Positions 11,455 through 22,953 of a DNA stretch of 64,000 nucleotides are shown piece by piece (position 1 is the stretch's first letter; every line of letters begins with the position of its first letter). The notes under the pieces are model-generated. The model was not told where the DNA came from. It was given only the letters and a program-made list of their open reading frames with translations, and ran no database searches. The stretch is from Coraliomargarita sp. (GTDB taxonomy: Bacteria > Verrucomicrobiota > Verrucomicrobiia > Opitutales > Coraliomargaritaceae), in the NCBI GenBank assembly GCA_965216325.1, contig OZ244160.1, forward strand, positions 64,001 to 128,000. Direction: 5' to 3'. The translations under genes were made by a program, and so were the position numbers.

Positions 11455-12912
11455 TTATTCTGGGGCGTTTGCTGCTTGTTCGGGTTCAACCGTTTCAGCT
11501 GGTGATTCTTGGTAAACTGGATCTTTGATTAGACCTAATCGTCGTCCTAGGCGACTTACGTCGAAGAAGGTGATGTAGGCCATGAGGCCTAGCAGGATGA
11601 TCACGAAGCTAAACTGCACTTTCTCCATGAAGACGCGTGGCAGTTGTCGTCCCGAGACCTTGTTGATCGTTGCAAACAGCATGTGTCCGCCATCGAGAAC
11701 GGGGATTGGGAGTAGATTAAAGATGGCCAAGTTTACGTTAATCAGTGCCAGCATGAAGCATAGGGTAACGAAGCCGTTACGCGCTACCATCGAGAGATTA
11801 TCCACAATGCCGACGACGGCCTGCATGTTGCGGACCTTCACGTCTGAATTGCGATGAATCAACGCGATGAGTGTGCGGCGCATGGTGTCTGCCATCTTGG
11901 TCAATTGCACTGCTGGGTTTTGGTGAATGCGCTCCGTCAGGTATGGATAATCAAATGAGAAACCAAAGCGTGGGGCAGTCTCACCATTTTCAGTTTTTAT
12001 TCGCGGTGTGATTGGGATCACCTGTTCTGCGCCATCACGAATGATGGTGACTTCAATCGGACCTTTGATATGGCTCGCTAAATATGTCGTTAGGAATTGG
12101 CTGGAGATAATATCTTCACCATCCAGTTTAATGAGCTGATCCTCTGGTTTTAGTCCGGCGGCGTAGGCTGGCATGTCTTTCTCTAGGGCGATGACTACGG
12201 GGCCGCTCTTACCTTCGACTGTTGGAGGTGCCAAGCCGAGATAGCGCATCTTTTCAGAGGTGACCAACGCAGGGTAGACCTCGAGCTCCAGTTCGGCATC
12301 ATCTCTAAGGATGGTGAGGTTGACCTGAGGGCGGTCATCTGCAGCACGTCCAAGGCTAAGTGCGACAAAGCTCTGGTAGTCGTTCCAACTGCGAACCTTA
12401 TCTCCATCTACTTTTAGGATGCGATCACCGGGTTTCACGCCTGCGACAAAGGCAGGGCCTGGAATGATTTTTCCTTCTGAATTGCGGATTTCCTTAGCAA
12501 CTTGTGCGACTTCGGTGGTATTCACCACATCGCGTCCCATTCCCCAAACGATTAGGCTTAGCAGGAATGCAAAGATGAGGTTAAATACGGCGCCCATTAC
12601 GGCGACAATCATCTTGTCGGTGTAAGAGATGGGCGGTAGGCGATCCTCTTCTTTCTCGCCGCCTTCTAGGCGGCCCATGTCCGCGAGCTGCGGCAGGGAG
12701 ACGTAGCCGCCGAGCGGAAGGAGCGAAATGCGAAAGTCGGTGCCGTCCTTATGCCATCCGAATAGACGTGGGCCAAATCCGATTGAAAAGCGATCTGCGA
12801 TGAGTCCGCGCTTCTTTGCTGCTAGAAAGTGTCCGAGCTCATGGATAAAAATAGAGAATCCTAGGCAAAAGAGGCCAACTGCGATGAACCAGAAGTTGAG
12901 GAGAAAAGACAT
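11455..12912 (-). CDS. rseP: RIP metalloprotease RseP (two PDZ domains)
   Basis: HELGH, FSIGFGP, LPLGGYV, NLLPIPVLDGGH. Confidence 0.95.
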   Translation of the reverse strand: MSFLLNFWFIAVGLFCLGFSIFIHELGHFLAAKKRGLIADRFSIGFGPRLFGWHKDGTDFRISLLPLGGYVSLPQLADMGRLEGGEKEEDRLPPISYTDKMIVAVMGAVFNLIFAFLLSLIVWGMGRDVVNTTEVAQVAKEIRNSEGKIIPGPAFVAGVKPGDRILKVDGDKVRSWNDYQSFVALSLGRAADDRPQVNLTILRDDAELELEVYPALVTSEKMRYLGLAPPTVEGKSGPVVIALEKDMPAYAAGLKPEDQLIKLDGEDIISSQFLTTYLASHIKGPIEVTIIRDGAEQVIPITPRIKTENGETAPRFGFSFDYPYLTERIHQNPAVQLTKMADTMRRTLIALIHRNSDVKVRNMQAVVGIVDNLSMVARNGFVTLCFMLALINVNLAIFNLLPIPVLDGGHMLFATINKVSGRQLPRVFMEKVQFSFVIILLGLMAYITFFDVSRLGRRLGLIKDPVYQESPAETVEPEQAANAPE

Positions 12913-12924
12913 AATTTATAGAAG

Positions 12925-14076
12925 TCAGAAAGAGCGGGCTTGTTCCCTTGTGTGCAAATCGATCGAGAATAAATCATCCAGCGAGTTAACCGTGGTAGGA
13001 GTGATCGCACTAAGTGCACTTTCGATTACGCGTGGAATATCAAGATAGCTGATTTCGCTCTTTAGGAAACGCGCGACCGCGATTTCATTGGCTGCATTGA
13101 ATACCGCGGGTGCGCTGCCGCCAGCCTTGAGTGCATCGTATGCGAGTTTGAGGCAAGGGTAGCGGGCGAAGTCGGGCGCTCGGAAGTCCCACTGCATGGC
13201 CTGCTTGAAGTCCAGCGTGCGGTCCACGCCGCTTGCCCTGTCGGGATACAGCAGGCAATGTTGAATCGCGAAGGTCATGGAGGGAGGGCTGAATTGTCCT
13301 AGGATCGAGCCGTCGATGAACTGGACAAAGGAGTGGGCAATACTTTGCGGATGAATGACCACTTCGAGCCGCTCAGGTTCCACCCCAAATAGCCAGTGCG
13401 CTTCAATCAGCTCGAGGCCCTTATTGGCCATCGTCGCGGAATCGACCGTGATTTTGGGGCCCATCGACCAGTTTGGATGCTGGGTCGCGTCGGCTGGTGT
13501 GACCTTGGCCAGATCGCTAATCGGTGTGTCGCGGAATTGGCCTCCGGATGCAGTCAGAATCAGCTTGTCGATGTGCTTGCTCGGGCTGTCTTGAATGCAC
13601 TGAAAAATTGCGTTGTGCTCGCTGTCGGTTGGTAGGAGACGCACGCCTTTGCGCTTGGCCGCCTCGATGACGAAGGTGCCACCGAGAACGAGGAGTTCCT
13701 TATTGGCGAGGGCAATGTCTTTGCCTGCTTCGATTGCCGCAAGTGCGGGTTTAAGGCCGCAGGCACCGACGACTGCAACAAGGACGATATCGGCTTCAGG
13801 CAGGGTTGCGAGTTCACAGAGTGCATCGTCTCCACAATTGAGCTTAGTGCGGGAGGGAAAGTCACTGGCGTCCGCGTAGGCCTTGTCGTCGGCAAGCACC
13901 GCATGTGTGACCTTAAACTCTTTGCAGATGTCTGCGAGTTCTTTATGGCGAGAGTGTGCAGCGACGCCGATTAGCTCGAGTTTATCGCTGTGATCACGAA
14001 GCACGCGCAAAGTGCTGCTACCGATCGATCCGGTCGCGCCGAGGAGGACTAGCTTCTTGCGGACTGAATCAGCCAT
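12925..14076 (-). CDS. dxr: 1-deoxy-D-xylulose-5-phosphate reductoisomerase
   Basis: LGATGSIG, LANKE, PTDSEHNAIFQ, HPNWSMGPKITVDSATMANKGLE. Confidence 0.97.
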   Translation of the reverse strand: MADSVRKKLVLLGATGSIGSSTLRVLRDHSDKLELIGVAAHSRHKELADICKEFKVTHAVLADDKAYADASDFPSRTKLNCGDDALCELATLPEADIVLVAVVGACGLKPALAAIEAGKDIALANKELLVLGGTFVIEAAKRKGVRLLPTDSEHNAIFQCIQDSPSKHIDKLILTASGGQFRDTPISDLAKVTPADATQHPNWSMGPKITVDSATMANKGLELIEAHWLFGVEPERLEVVIHPQSIAHSFVQFIDGSILGQFSPPSMTFAIQHCLLYPDRASGVDRTLDFKQAMQWDFRAPDFARYPCLKLAYDALKAGGSAPAVFNAANEIAVARFLKSEISYLDIPRVIESALSAITPTTVNSLDDLFSIDLHTREQARSF

Positions 14077-14082
14077 GCGGGT

Positions 14083-14916
14083 CTAGGCAAACAGCGTATA
14101 TTTGAACAGCAGGTAGCCGAGTGGCGCTGTCAGGATCAGGCTGTCCGAGAGGTCGAATATTCCACCGATACCGGGGATGATATTACCGGAGTCTTTGACT
14201 TCGGCCTGTCTTTTGAAGGCGGATTCGACGAGATCGGATGCAATGGATGCAATCGAGATGGGAATCGCGATCATTGCCGCGAGGAAGAGGTTGAAGCCTT
14301 CGGGTGCGTGGTTGCGGAAGAGTCCGAGTAGAATTATGCCGACCAGCATGGACACCACGATGCCCCCGATGGCGCCCTCGTAGGTTTTCTTCGGGCTGAT
14401 GACGGAGAGTGGGGTTTTGCCGACTTGCATGCCGACTAGCAGGCCGCCGACATCGGTGCATTTAGCGACTGCGATGACCCAGACGGTGAGGAAGAGGCCC
14501 GTCGATGTGGCGTAGTCATTGACCTCAGCGAGCTTTACAATTTTAAGCATGAAATGCAGCAGGAAAGGTACATAGACCAAGCCGAACAGAGTCGGCATGA
14601 AACTGCGAAGGCGGCCTGCCTGGAGGTCCATTCGAATGATGGTAATCGTCAGCACGAGGAAGCTCAGCAGGAAGAGGTCGTTACCGGCATCGAGTCCACC
14701 GATGTAATAGCTGCCTACGGTGATTGCGACACCACAGCCGAGACCGAGCCCCTTCATTGGCTTGAGCCCCATTTTTTCGAATAGCTGATAGAGTTCCAGC
14801 TGCGTGAAGAAGGCGACGGCGGCAACCAGCACGACACCTGCATGAATACCAAAGATAGTCAGCGAGACGGCTAGGGTTAACCACAGGACGGTGAAACTAA
14901 AAATGCGTTGTTTCAT
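14083..14916 (-). CDS. cdsA: Phosphatidate cytidylyltransferase
   Basis: ISPKKTYEG, DLVESAFKR, KDSGNIIPG-GG-FD. Confidence 0.93.
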   Translation of the reverse strand: MKQRIFSFTVLWLTLAVSLTIFGIHAGVVLVAAVAFFTQLELYQLFEKMGLKPMKGLGLGCGVAITVGSYYIGGLDAGNDLFLLSFLVLTITIIRMDLQAGRLRSFMPTLFGLVYVPFLLHFMLKIVKLAEVNDYATSTGLFLTVWVIAVAKCTDVGGLLVGMQVGKTPLSVISPKKTYEGAIGGIVVSMLVGIILLGLFRNHAPEGFNLFLAAMIAIPISIASIASDLVESAFKRQAEVKDSGNIIPGIGGIFDLSDSLILTAPLGYLLFKYTLFA

Positions 14917-14940
14917 TATACGAAGAGGGGAGCAGGTCGG

Positions 14941-15681
14941 TTAGATTTGTTTAACTTGGTCGCCGGTTTTTCCGTAGCGGCGTTCGCGTGAGGCGTAGTT
15001 TTCGAGGGCGAGCTTAAATTGTTTTTGATCGAAGTCGGGCCAGAGCACGTCGGTAATATAGATTTCAGCGTAGGCTGCCTGCAGGAGCAAGAAATTGCTT
15101 AGGCGAGATTCGCCGGAAGTGCGAATGACCAAATCGGGGTCGGGCATATTGCCCGTATATAAATAGGGGCGAAAGGCATCGTAGTCTAAGTTGTCGATAT
15201 CCAGGTTGCCGGATTGCGCGTCACTTGCTGCTGCTTTGACGGCATCGATGAGCTCGGTGCGGGAGCCATAGTTGAGCGCCAGTGCCAAGGTGTGTTCAGT
15301 AAATTCAGCGGTTTTGGCTTCAGCATCCCGCAGGCGCTCTTGGATGTGCGCCGGTAGTTCCTGATAGCGACCAACGACGCGCAAGCGAATCTTGCGCTTT
15401 AACAGTTCTTTGAGCTGATCGGCCAGAAAACGGTCCAGCAGCTCCATCAAACCGTCGATTTCATCCTGCGGGCGGTTCCAGTTTTCGACACTGAAGGCGT
15501 AGAGCGTGATGTAGGGAACCTTGTTTTCCTGAGCGGCTTGGAGTGTGCGCTTGACCGCTTCGGCGCCGCGGCGGTGGCCTTCAATGCGCGGGAGACCACG
15601 TTGTTTAGCCCAACGACCGTTGCCATCCATAATAATGGCGACGTGTTGAGGATGCTTGGAGGGTTCACTGCTGGCGTTCAC
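14941..15681 (-). CDS. uppS: Undecaprenyl diphosphate synthase
   Basis: HVAIIMDGNGRWA, YAFSVENWNRP, PDLVIRTSGE-RLSNFLL; probable GTG start at 15681. Confidence 0.95.
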   Translation of the reverse strand: MNASSEPSKHPQHVAIIMDGNGRWAKQRGLPRIEGHRRGAEAVKRTLQAAQENKVPYITLYAFSVENWNRPQDEIDGLMELLDRFLADQLKELLKRKIRLRVVGRYQELPAHIQERLRDAEAKTAEFTEHTLALALNYGSRTELIDAVKAAASDAQSGNLDIDNLDYDAFRPYLYTGNMPDPDLVIRTSGESRLSNFLLLQAAYAEIYITDVLWPDFDQKQFKLALENYASRERRYGKTGDQVKQI

Positions 15682-15819
15682 TACGTATGTATCTATCTTA
15701 GGGAAACCGTCGATAAAAGGGGCTGTGTGCTCGGGGGCAAGGGGAGAGTGTGGCGAGTTGAAAGTTGTTTGTTGAATTTTGGATTCACATTTCACGCTTC
15801 AGTTCTCAGCTTTCGTGTC

Positions 15820-16032
15820 ATGCCGACATATGTCTATGAAACGATCCCGCAAAAGGCGGGGCAGCAGCCAGTGCAGTTCGAACTCCAGCAATCCATGAAG
15901 GATGCGCCTCTAAAGACCCATCCAGAGACGGGGGAGCCGGTGCAGCGAGTCATTTCCGGTGGCTATGGCACGATTTCCAGTGGCAAGAGTGCCAATGGAG
16001 GCAGCTGCGGTCCAAGTTGTGGCTGCTGCTAA
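15820..16032 (+). CDS. FmdB-family zinc-ribbon-like protein
   Basis: MPTYVYE...FELQQSMKDAPL-THPETGEPVQRVIS, Gly/Cys-rich tail. Confidence 0.8.
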   Translation: MPTYVYETIPQKAGQQPVQFELQQSMKDAPLKTHPETGEPVQRVISGGYGTISSGKSANGGSCGPSCGCC

Positions 16033-16073
16033 ATCAGCCCGTATCCCGATTTCTATATCTCGCATCTCGATGT

Positions 16074-16304
16074 ATGTCTAAAATACGCCAAATCGACTAC
16101 GCCACGCCGCGCACTCTGGTTTCCTATTCGGGGAAGCGCACGGTGCGCCTGACCGGGCAGGAGACGCGTTACAAGTTTTCCGCTATCATGCTTGAAGGGG
16201 AGGAAGACGAGTTTGCGAAAATTGGTGAAGAGCGTAAAGACTGGCAAAAGTCGGCCTTTCCGCTGCCGTGGACGGACTCTCCCGATGTGGTGCAGCCAGA
16301 GTAA
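16074..16304 (+). CDS. Small hypothetical protein (76 aa)
   Basis: ATG 16074, fills the gap after the FmdB-like gene, protein-like composition; no family recognised. Confidence 0.5.
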   Translation: MSKIRQIDYATPRTLVSYSGKRTVRLTGQETRYKFSAIMLEGEEDEFAKIGEERKDWQKSAFPLPWTDSPDVVQPE

Positions 16305-16369
16305 GGGAGGCAGTACAGTCCTGTCCTGCTATGGTGCAGTACTCAGGTGGACAGGAGTGTCCGGCCTTC
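16305..16369. repeat. Degenerate REP-like inverted pair
   Basis: gggaggcagtacagtcctgtcc ... ggacaggagtgtccggccttc. Confidence 0.5.
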
Positions 16370-16475
16370 GAGGTTGCTGAAAAATCACAGTCTCTACACT
16401 TGACAGGTGTCGGATCACGTCCTTTTTTCTTCGCTTTTCTCAATTTCCGGCACCAGCCCAACTCTTTTTACTATT

Positions 16476-16745
<270 letters not shown>

Positions 16746-16782
16746 GTCATCCAGTCCAATCCGCAACTGAGCGGAGTGCGTC

Positions 16783-17846
<1,064 letters not shown>

Positions 17847-17871
17847 CCTTCAGACTCAGGTAGGAATTTTC

Positions 17872-17904
17872 AAAAAGGTCGTCCCAGTGTGGGCGGCCTT
17901 TTTT
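17872..17904 (+). terminator. Rho-independent terminator
   Basis: aaaaaggtcgtccca-gtg-tgggcggcctttttt. Confidence 0.8.
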
Positions 17905-18001
17905 GTGTTAAAATCGGCAGGATTTTGCAGAAATACCTAACTCAGGAACCTTGCAGGCAAACGGTTTTCATATAACTTTGGCATCTTTTGTCTAAGTCAC
18001 T

Positions 18002-20449
18002 ATGAAAACCCTTTTTAAGCTCTTTCTGTTTTTATGCCTGTTGGTCGTGATTGCATTGCTCGCAGGCTATTTTGTGCTCACGAATCCCAGCTTCCAAAAG
18101 GGGCTGGTGGAGAAGCAACTCCCGGCGGGTAGCTCCATCGAGCACGTGCACGTTAAGCTTGGTTCCTTTGAGTTGAGTGGACTGAAGCTTCAGGCAGATG
18201 ATGGGACATTGGTCGAAATTAGCAGTGCCAGTAGTGAATTTTCACCATTGGCCGCGTGGCGTGCGCAGACGATTCAGCTCGGCGAACTCGTGGTTTCTGG
18301 GGTCAAGGTGGATTTGCCTGAACCAAGTGCGTCAGCGTCGCCATCGGGAACAGCAAGGCCGAGTCCAGCGAGTGGCGGTTCGGACATCAGTGGTAGCACG
18401 AGCACGGTTGATTCAACGCCAGCAGAACGCCAGGCATCGACTTCGACACCGGACCCGCAAAGCCCTTACGATGTGATCTACCAGCTTGGCGAATTGGATT
18501 GGTTGTTTGATATCCAGCGGATCCTAATTGACGGTGAATTAAATGACGGGCAGGGCGGTAACTATGCCTTCAAATTGGAGTGTTCGGCGATTGGCCCGAG
18601 TTTGGACTCAAGCCTGCGCGTGAATTTGGATTCAACATTCGTGGAGGTTCAAGCAAATGGCGTTAAAGCTTTCAATGGCAGCCTCGAATTGTCCTTCACC
18701 CAGAAGGTGACCGGTGGATTTGAGCGCTTTCAGATTCAAGTCGATGCGTCGGCCCAAGATGTTCGCGGTGCCAATTTGCTGAGTCTCAGCCAGGAGGCGG
18801 TGCTGGATATAAACAGTAATGAGCAGGCTGCGGGCGTAAAATTGAATTTTAACGCCAATGTGCCCGAGCCGCAGCGCTTCATCGCCGAGTTGGCGCAGGT
18901 CGGGGCGCTCACTGTGGACGGAAAGGCGAATGCAGAGTTGCTGGGGGAGAGCCTGACGTTGAGTGATACTGCTTTGAGTGTGACAGCGGGTGGTCAGCCG
19001 ATTGTGACTCTCGATTTGACGCAGGTGCTGACACTCGGGGGCACTCAGAACTTCGAAGGTGAGTTGTTGGACCTATCGCTGATAAATCTGCCGATGGCGT
19101 GGCTTAGTCCATGGATGCCTGAGGGCCTTGTAGTTTCTGCACAGCCTTTGTCGATGAATATGACGGTGAGTGGCGAGTCGGGAGGGGCGATGGTCGTCGC
19201 ATTTAAGGAGCCGATCCGGTTGGACCAGCTTTCGGTTTCTCAGGCGGGGCAGGCGATGATAGATCAAGTGAACGTGTCAGTGCACCCATTGCTGACCGTC
19301 AACTCAGACCAAAGTCTCCACTACCGATTGGATGAGTTCAGACTGGACGACCGTTACGGGACCTTCGTATCCGGAAATCTAAGTGGCTCGCTGCCGGCCG
19401 AGTTGTCAGCAGACAGCAATTTGCCGGATGGACTTCGTGCGAATGTAGATCTGGACATTAAGTTGCAGCCCCTCATGCAACAGCCTGCGCTGAAAGGGAT
19501 GACCTCAATCATGAATGGCAGTTTGCGTTTAGATGTGGACGTCGATGCGGCGGAAGCGTATCCGATACAGTTACAAACGTCGATTCAGAGCCTCCGTGCG
19601 CGGGGGATGCCGGGCACGAGCCAGAATTACCGATTTGCAGCTCAAGCAAAACAACCAAGCGCGGATACGTGGTTGTTTGGTGCGAACCTCATGGCGGGTA
19701 ATGATTCACGTCCAAGCACCGATGCGCAGCTGTCGGGAAGCGTTTCTCCTGAGAGGAAGCCGATGGCATTTGACCTTGATTTGAAGGCTGAACGCATCCG
19801 CCAGGCGGATCTTGAGCTCTTAGCGGCGGCCTTCAGTCCGAGTGGCCGGACGGCCACGACTAGCACCATTACACCCTCAACGCCTGTAGTGGCATCTAAT
19901 CAGGCTTCTGCTACTCAAGTATCTCCACAAGCGGATCAGACTGCTCCGAGTCGTCAATCAACCCCACCACCATGGGCAGATCTCGATGGTAAGGTTTCGG
20001 TTCAGCTTGAGCTAATTGAGCTGAATTCACGCCAAACGATTGAGGATTTGACGGCTAAGCTGCGTGTCTCGGAGCCTCTTCTTGATGTAAGTGAGCTCTC
20101 TGCTGTATTTGGTGAGGGCACCTTTGCTGGGGCGGCACGGGTCGATTATACTGCAAATTCGCTCGAGGCCTATACCTTGAAAGCAGATTTAAATGTGAAG
20201 CAATTGGACCCGGCGATCTCTGCGGATCCTCGTTCGGGGGCATTCCCAATTCGTGGTCGCTTTGATGCGGATGTGCGCGTCCAGGGAACGGGGGCAACGC
20301 TTGAAGCTGCTCTGGATCAATCTGAGTCGGCGCTACTGGTCACAGGTCAGGAGGGAGTGTTGACTGCCTTTGAGTTGGATCAACGGCAATGGATCTCAAG
20401 CTGTCCCTTGGGTCGCGAGGGCCATTGGCAGAATATGTTGATGCGTTGA
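18002..20449 (+). CDS. AsmA-like envelope protein, N-terminal portion (frame broken near 20374-20389)
   Basis: N-terminal TM anchor, long alternating beta-strand pattern, S/P/T linkers, AsmA-like C-terminal segment. Confidence 0.7.
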   Translation: MKTLFKLFLFLCLLVVIALLAGYFVLTNPSFQKGLVEKQLPAGSSIEHVHVKLGSFELSGLKLQADDGTLVEISSASSEFSPLAAWRAQTIQLGELVVSGVKVDLPEPSASASPSGTARPSPASGGSDISGSTSTVDSTPAERQASTSTPDPQSPYDVIYQLGELDWLFDIQRILIDGELNDGQGGNYAFKLECSAIGPSLDSSLRVNLDSTFVEVQANGVKAFNGSLELSFTQKVTGGFERFQIQVDASAQDVRGANLLSLSQEAVLDINSNEQAAGVKLNFNANVPEPQRFIAELAQVGALTVDGKANAELLGESLTLSDTALSVTAGGQPIVTLDLTQVLTLGGTQNFEGELLDLSLINLPMAWLSPWMPEGLVVSAQPLSMNMTVSGESGGAMVVAFKEPIRLDQLSVSQAGQAMIDQVNVSVHPLLTVNSDQSLHYRLDEFRLDDRYGTFVSGNLSGSLPAELSADSNLPDGLRANVDLDIKLQPLMQQPALKGMTSIMNGSLRLDVDVDAAEAYPIQLQTSIQSLRARGMPGTSQNYRFAAQAKQPSADTWLFGANLMAGNDSRPSTDAQLSGSVSPERKPMAFDLDLKAERIRQADLELLAAAFSPSGRTATTSTITPSTPVVASNQASATQVSPQADQTAPSRQSTPPPWADLDGKVSVQLELIELNSRQTIEDLTAKLRVSEPLLDVSELSAVFGEGTFAGAARVDYTANSLEAYTLKADLNVKQLDPAISADPRSGAFPIRGRFDADVRVQGTGATLEAALDQSESALLVTGQEGVLTAFELDQRQWISSCPLGREGHWQNMLMR

Positions 20450-20703
20450 ACTTGTTGCAGGACGAAACTGCGGAAAATGGCTTCAATTATTGGGATCGCG
20501 AGCTGCGTATACAGGGGACTCTTTCGGATCCGGACACCTCAGTGATTATGGACTTGCTCAAGGATGCTGCAGGATCCGCGCTAAGTGAGCCGGAAGATAA
20601 ATCCACCGATGCTGAGGCTGAGAGCGCTGAGTCTAGCGAAGACGAGGAGATGGATGACGCTGAGTTGATCATCCGAGGGATTAATTCTTTGTTTGGCAAT
20701 TAA
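20389..20703 (+). pseudogene. Probable C-terminal fragment of the AsmA-like gene in another frame
   Basis: LRIQGTLSDPD resembles the IxGTLxxP end of AsmA-like proteins, ends INSLFGN; overlaps upstream ORF by 61 bp. Confidence 0.6.
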
Positions 20704-20816
20704 TATCTCCAGAGAGAGGTTTGGCCGGATTGTGTTTCGTAGGGCTCGTACTTTCAGGTTGCCGCCACAGAAGGAACTTCGGTTCTAAGACCAACCTGTA
20801 ACTATTTCCGTTAGAA

Positions 20817-20909
20817 AGGTCTGTCCCGACTCGATCTGAGCTCGTCGCAGGTCAGACCTCGGCGGCATTCGCTCGGACTTTCGGAGGCATGAGGGCATGC
20901 CTCCCTACC
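20817..20909. repeat. Nested palindromes and GTAG-type REP-like unit
   Basis: aggtctg...cagacct enclosing cgac..gtcg; cggaggcatgagggcatgcctccctacc (reverse ggtagggaggcatgccc). Confidence 0.65.
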
Positions 20910-20982
20910 CAAAAATAGCATTCGTTCGACCAGAAATAGTTGAAGACTGGTATAAGCTAGGCTCTCTCTTTCGCTCTGTAGT

Positions 20983-21020
20983 AAAAGAAAAGCCGACCTT
21001 GTGTAGGTCGGCTTCGTTTT
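20983..21020 (-). terminator. Terminator of the DEAD-box helicase gene (possibly bidirectional)
   Basis: aagccgacct-tgtgt-aggtcggctt with A/T tracts on both sides. Confidence 0.8.
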
Positions 21021-21050
21021 ATTGATAGAAAATGCCAGATGCGCGCACGC

Positions 21051-22637
21051 CTAGTCTGGGCGTTTGAAGCGGCGTTTGCTCTCGGAGAAGGGTTTCGCGG
21101 ACTTCTTCTTGGCTGGCTTAGAGCCGACGACTTTCTGCTTGGGCTTGAAGGGGCGTTTGCCACCAGTTGGTGCTTCAGCGTCGTCCCACTGGCGACGCTT
21201 GCCGCCGAAGTGCTTTTGTGGCTTTGGCTTGTTGAACACGCCTCCCTTGCGGAAGCCTTTCTTGCCGCCTTTACCTTTGCCCTTGCCGCGGCGAGGGCCA
21301 TTTGGGTCGAATTCTTCGCTGTCTTCGGTGATCGCTTCGGTATCGCGATTGTCTTGCTTGCGAAGTAGGTCGAAGAGGGCACTGGCGATGTCGGTTGGTG
21401 TATGGCCCACGTCGAGCAGGCGGTCGACTTGTGCGTCGTAGCGCGTATAGCTGTTGGCTTCAAGCAGGTCGCGGACTTGGTTGAAGACACGGTCTGCGCG
21501 GTAGCCTTCCACTTCTTCTTGAGAAGGAATCTTCATGCGACGCACGACTTGGCGAGTGTAGCGCTCAATCGCTTCGAGGCGATAGATGTCGCGGCCGTAA
21601 ACGAAGGTAATCGACTTGCCGGAACGCCCGGCACGACCGGTGCGGCCAATGCGGTGTACGTAGTCTTCCGGGTCGTAGGGCAGGTCGTAGTTGAAGACTA
21701 GGTCGATGTCGTCGATGTCCAGACCGCGAGCGGCCACGTCGGTCGCGACCAGTAGCTCAACCGAGCCCTCGCGGAACTTGCGAATGACTTTCTCGCGGAT
21801 GCCTTGCGAGATATCGCCGTGAATGCGGTCTGCGGTGTAGCCGCGAGCGGTGAGTGCTTCGCAGGCGTCTTCGACCATTTGCTTGGTATTGCAGAAGACG
21901 ATGCCACGTGTGGTCGGCTCCATGTCGAGTAGGCGCGACATGACCTCAATCTTGGAGCGGTTGCGCACCTCGTAGTAGGTTTGTTCGATGGAATCGACCG
22001 TGAGGGACTTGCGCTCGATGGAGATTTGCTTGGCGTCGCGGCTGAAGGCCTTGATCAAGCCTTGCACACCCTTGTTCATTGTGGCTGAGAAGAATAGCGT
22101 CTGACGCTCTTCGCTAATGCCGCCGAGAATCACTTCCATGTCCTCGCGGAAGCCCATGTCGAGCATACGGTCCGCTTCGTCGAGGATCACCATTTCAATG
22201 GCGTCGGTCTTCAGCGTGCCGCGCTCCAAGTGATCCATCACGCGGCCTGGAGTTCCGACCACGATATGGGCACCTTTGCGCAGGGCACGAATTTGACGGT
22301 CGATGGGTGTTCCACCATAAACCGGAATCGCTGAGAAGCCCTTGTAGCACGTGGATAGACGGTGCAGTTCTTCGCAGACCTGCACGGCGAGTTCGCGGGT
22401 TGGGCAGAGCACCAGCACCTGTGTTTGGGCGATGTTGACGTCGATCTTACTGAGCGCTGGCAGGCCAAAGGCGGCAGTCTTACCAGAGCCTGTTTGTGAG
22501 AGGCCGACGATATCGTGCCCCTCAAGTGCAACGGGAATCGTCTCGGCCTGGATGGGGGAAGGCGATTCGAAGCCTAGTTTCTGGATACTATCGAGTAATT
22601 CCGGGCGCAGGCCCAGATCTGAGAATGAAATGTTCAT
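21051..22637 (-). CDS. deaD: DEAD-box RNA helicase (DeaD/CshA-like) with basic C-terminal tail
   Basis: Q motif, [41 protein letters not shown] 22637. Confidence 0.92.
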   Translation of the reverse strand: MNISFSDLGLRPELLDSIQKLGFESPSPIQAETIPVALEGHDIVGLSQTGSGKTAAFGLPALSKIDVNIAQTQVLVLCPTRELAVQVCEELHRLSTCYKGFSAIPVYGGTPIDRQIRALRKGAHIVVGTPGRVMDHLERGTLKTDAIEMVILDEADRMLDMGFREDMEVILGGISEERQTLFFSATMNKGVQGLIKAFSRDAKQISIERKSLTVDSIEQTYYEVRNRSKIEVMSRLLDMEPTTRGIVFCNTKQMVEDACEALTARGYTADRIHGDISQGIREKVIRKFREGSVELLVATDVAARGLDIDDIDLVFNYDLPYDPEDYVHRIGRTGRAGRSGKSITFVYGRDIYRLEAIERYTRQVVRRMKIPSQEEVEGYRADRVFNQVRDLLEANSYTRYDAQVDRLLDVGHTPTDIASALFDLLRKQDNRDTEAITEDSEEFDPNGPRRGKGKGKGGKKGFRKGGVFNKPKPQKHFGGKRRQWDDAEAPTGGKRPFKPKQKVVGSKPAKKKSAKPFSESKRRFKRPD

Positions 22638-22642
22638 ATTAT

Positions 22643-22766
22643 AAGAAGTTAGAAGTGAGGAGTCAGAAGTTAGGAGGCATTGAGCGAGTGCTAGATAATT
22701 GTGGGTGCACACGCCCAGTTTCCGGGCGTGTTTTCTAACTACCAACTTCTATCTTCTAACTTCTGA
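22643..22766. repeat. Inverted heptamer-repeat element in the helicase leader
   Basis: agaagtt/aggagtc units at 22643-22676 versus aacttct units at 22733-22766; internal hairpin acacgccc...gggcgtgt. Confidence 0.75.
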
Positions 22767-22910
22767 TATCCGCAACTGGTTGTCGGATATCACGTAAGGG
22801 CGGAGGGCTTTGACAGCAGAACTCCCCTAATACAAGGTTAAAACAGAGATTAGAGGACAGAAGCCAGAGGTCAGAGACTGGATTTAGCTTCGAATTGGAG
22901 AATTGCACCC

Positions 22911-22941
22911 TTGACCTTCAGTTGCCCTTTCTCGCTAGAAT
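22911..22941 (+). promoter_or_regulatory. Putative sigma70 promoter of trhO
   Basis: TTGACC, 19-nt spacer, TAGAAT, 12 nt before ATG. Confidence 0.35.
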
Positions 22942-22953
22942 GTGAGCTAATTT

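Noticed and set aside
20957..21490. 177-aa alternative-frame ORF over the helicase 3' end
   Set aside because: Out-of-frame overlap with a well-supported gene; low-complexity translation
22638..22745. N-terminal extension of the DEAD-box helicase
   Set aside because: Translation of heptamer repeats ([11 protein letters not shown]); the Q-motif region starts right after ATG 22637
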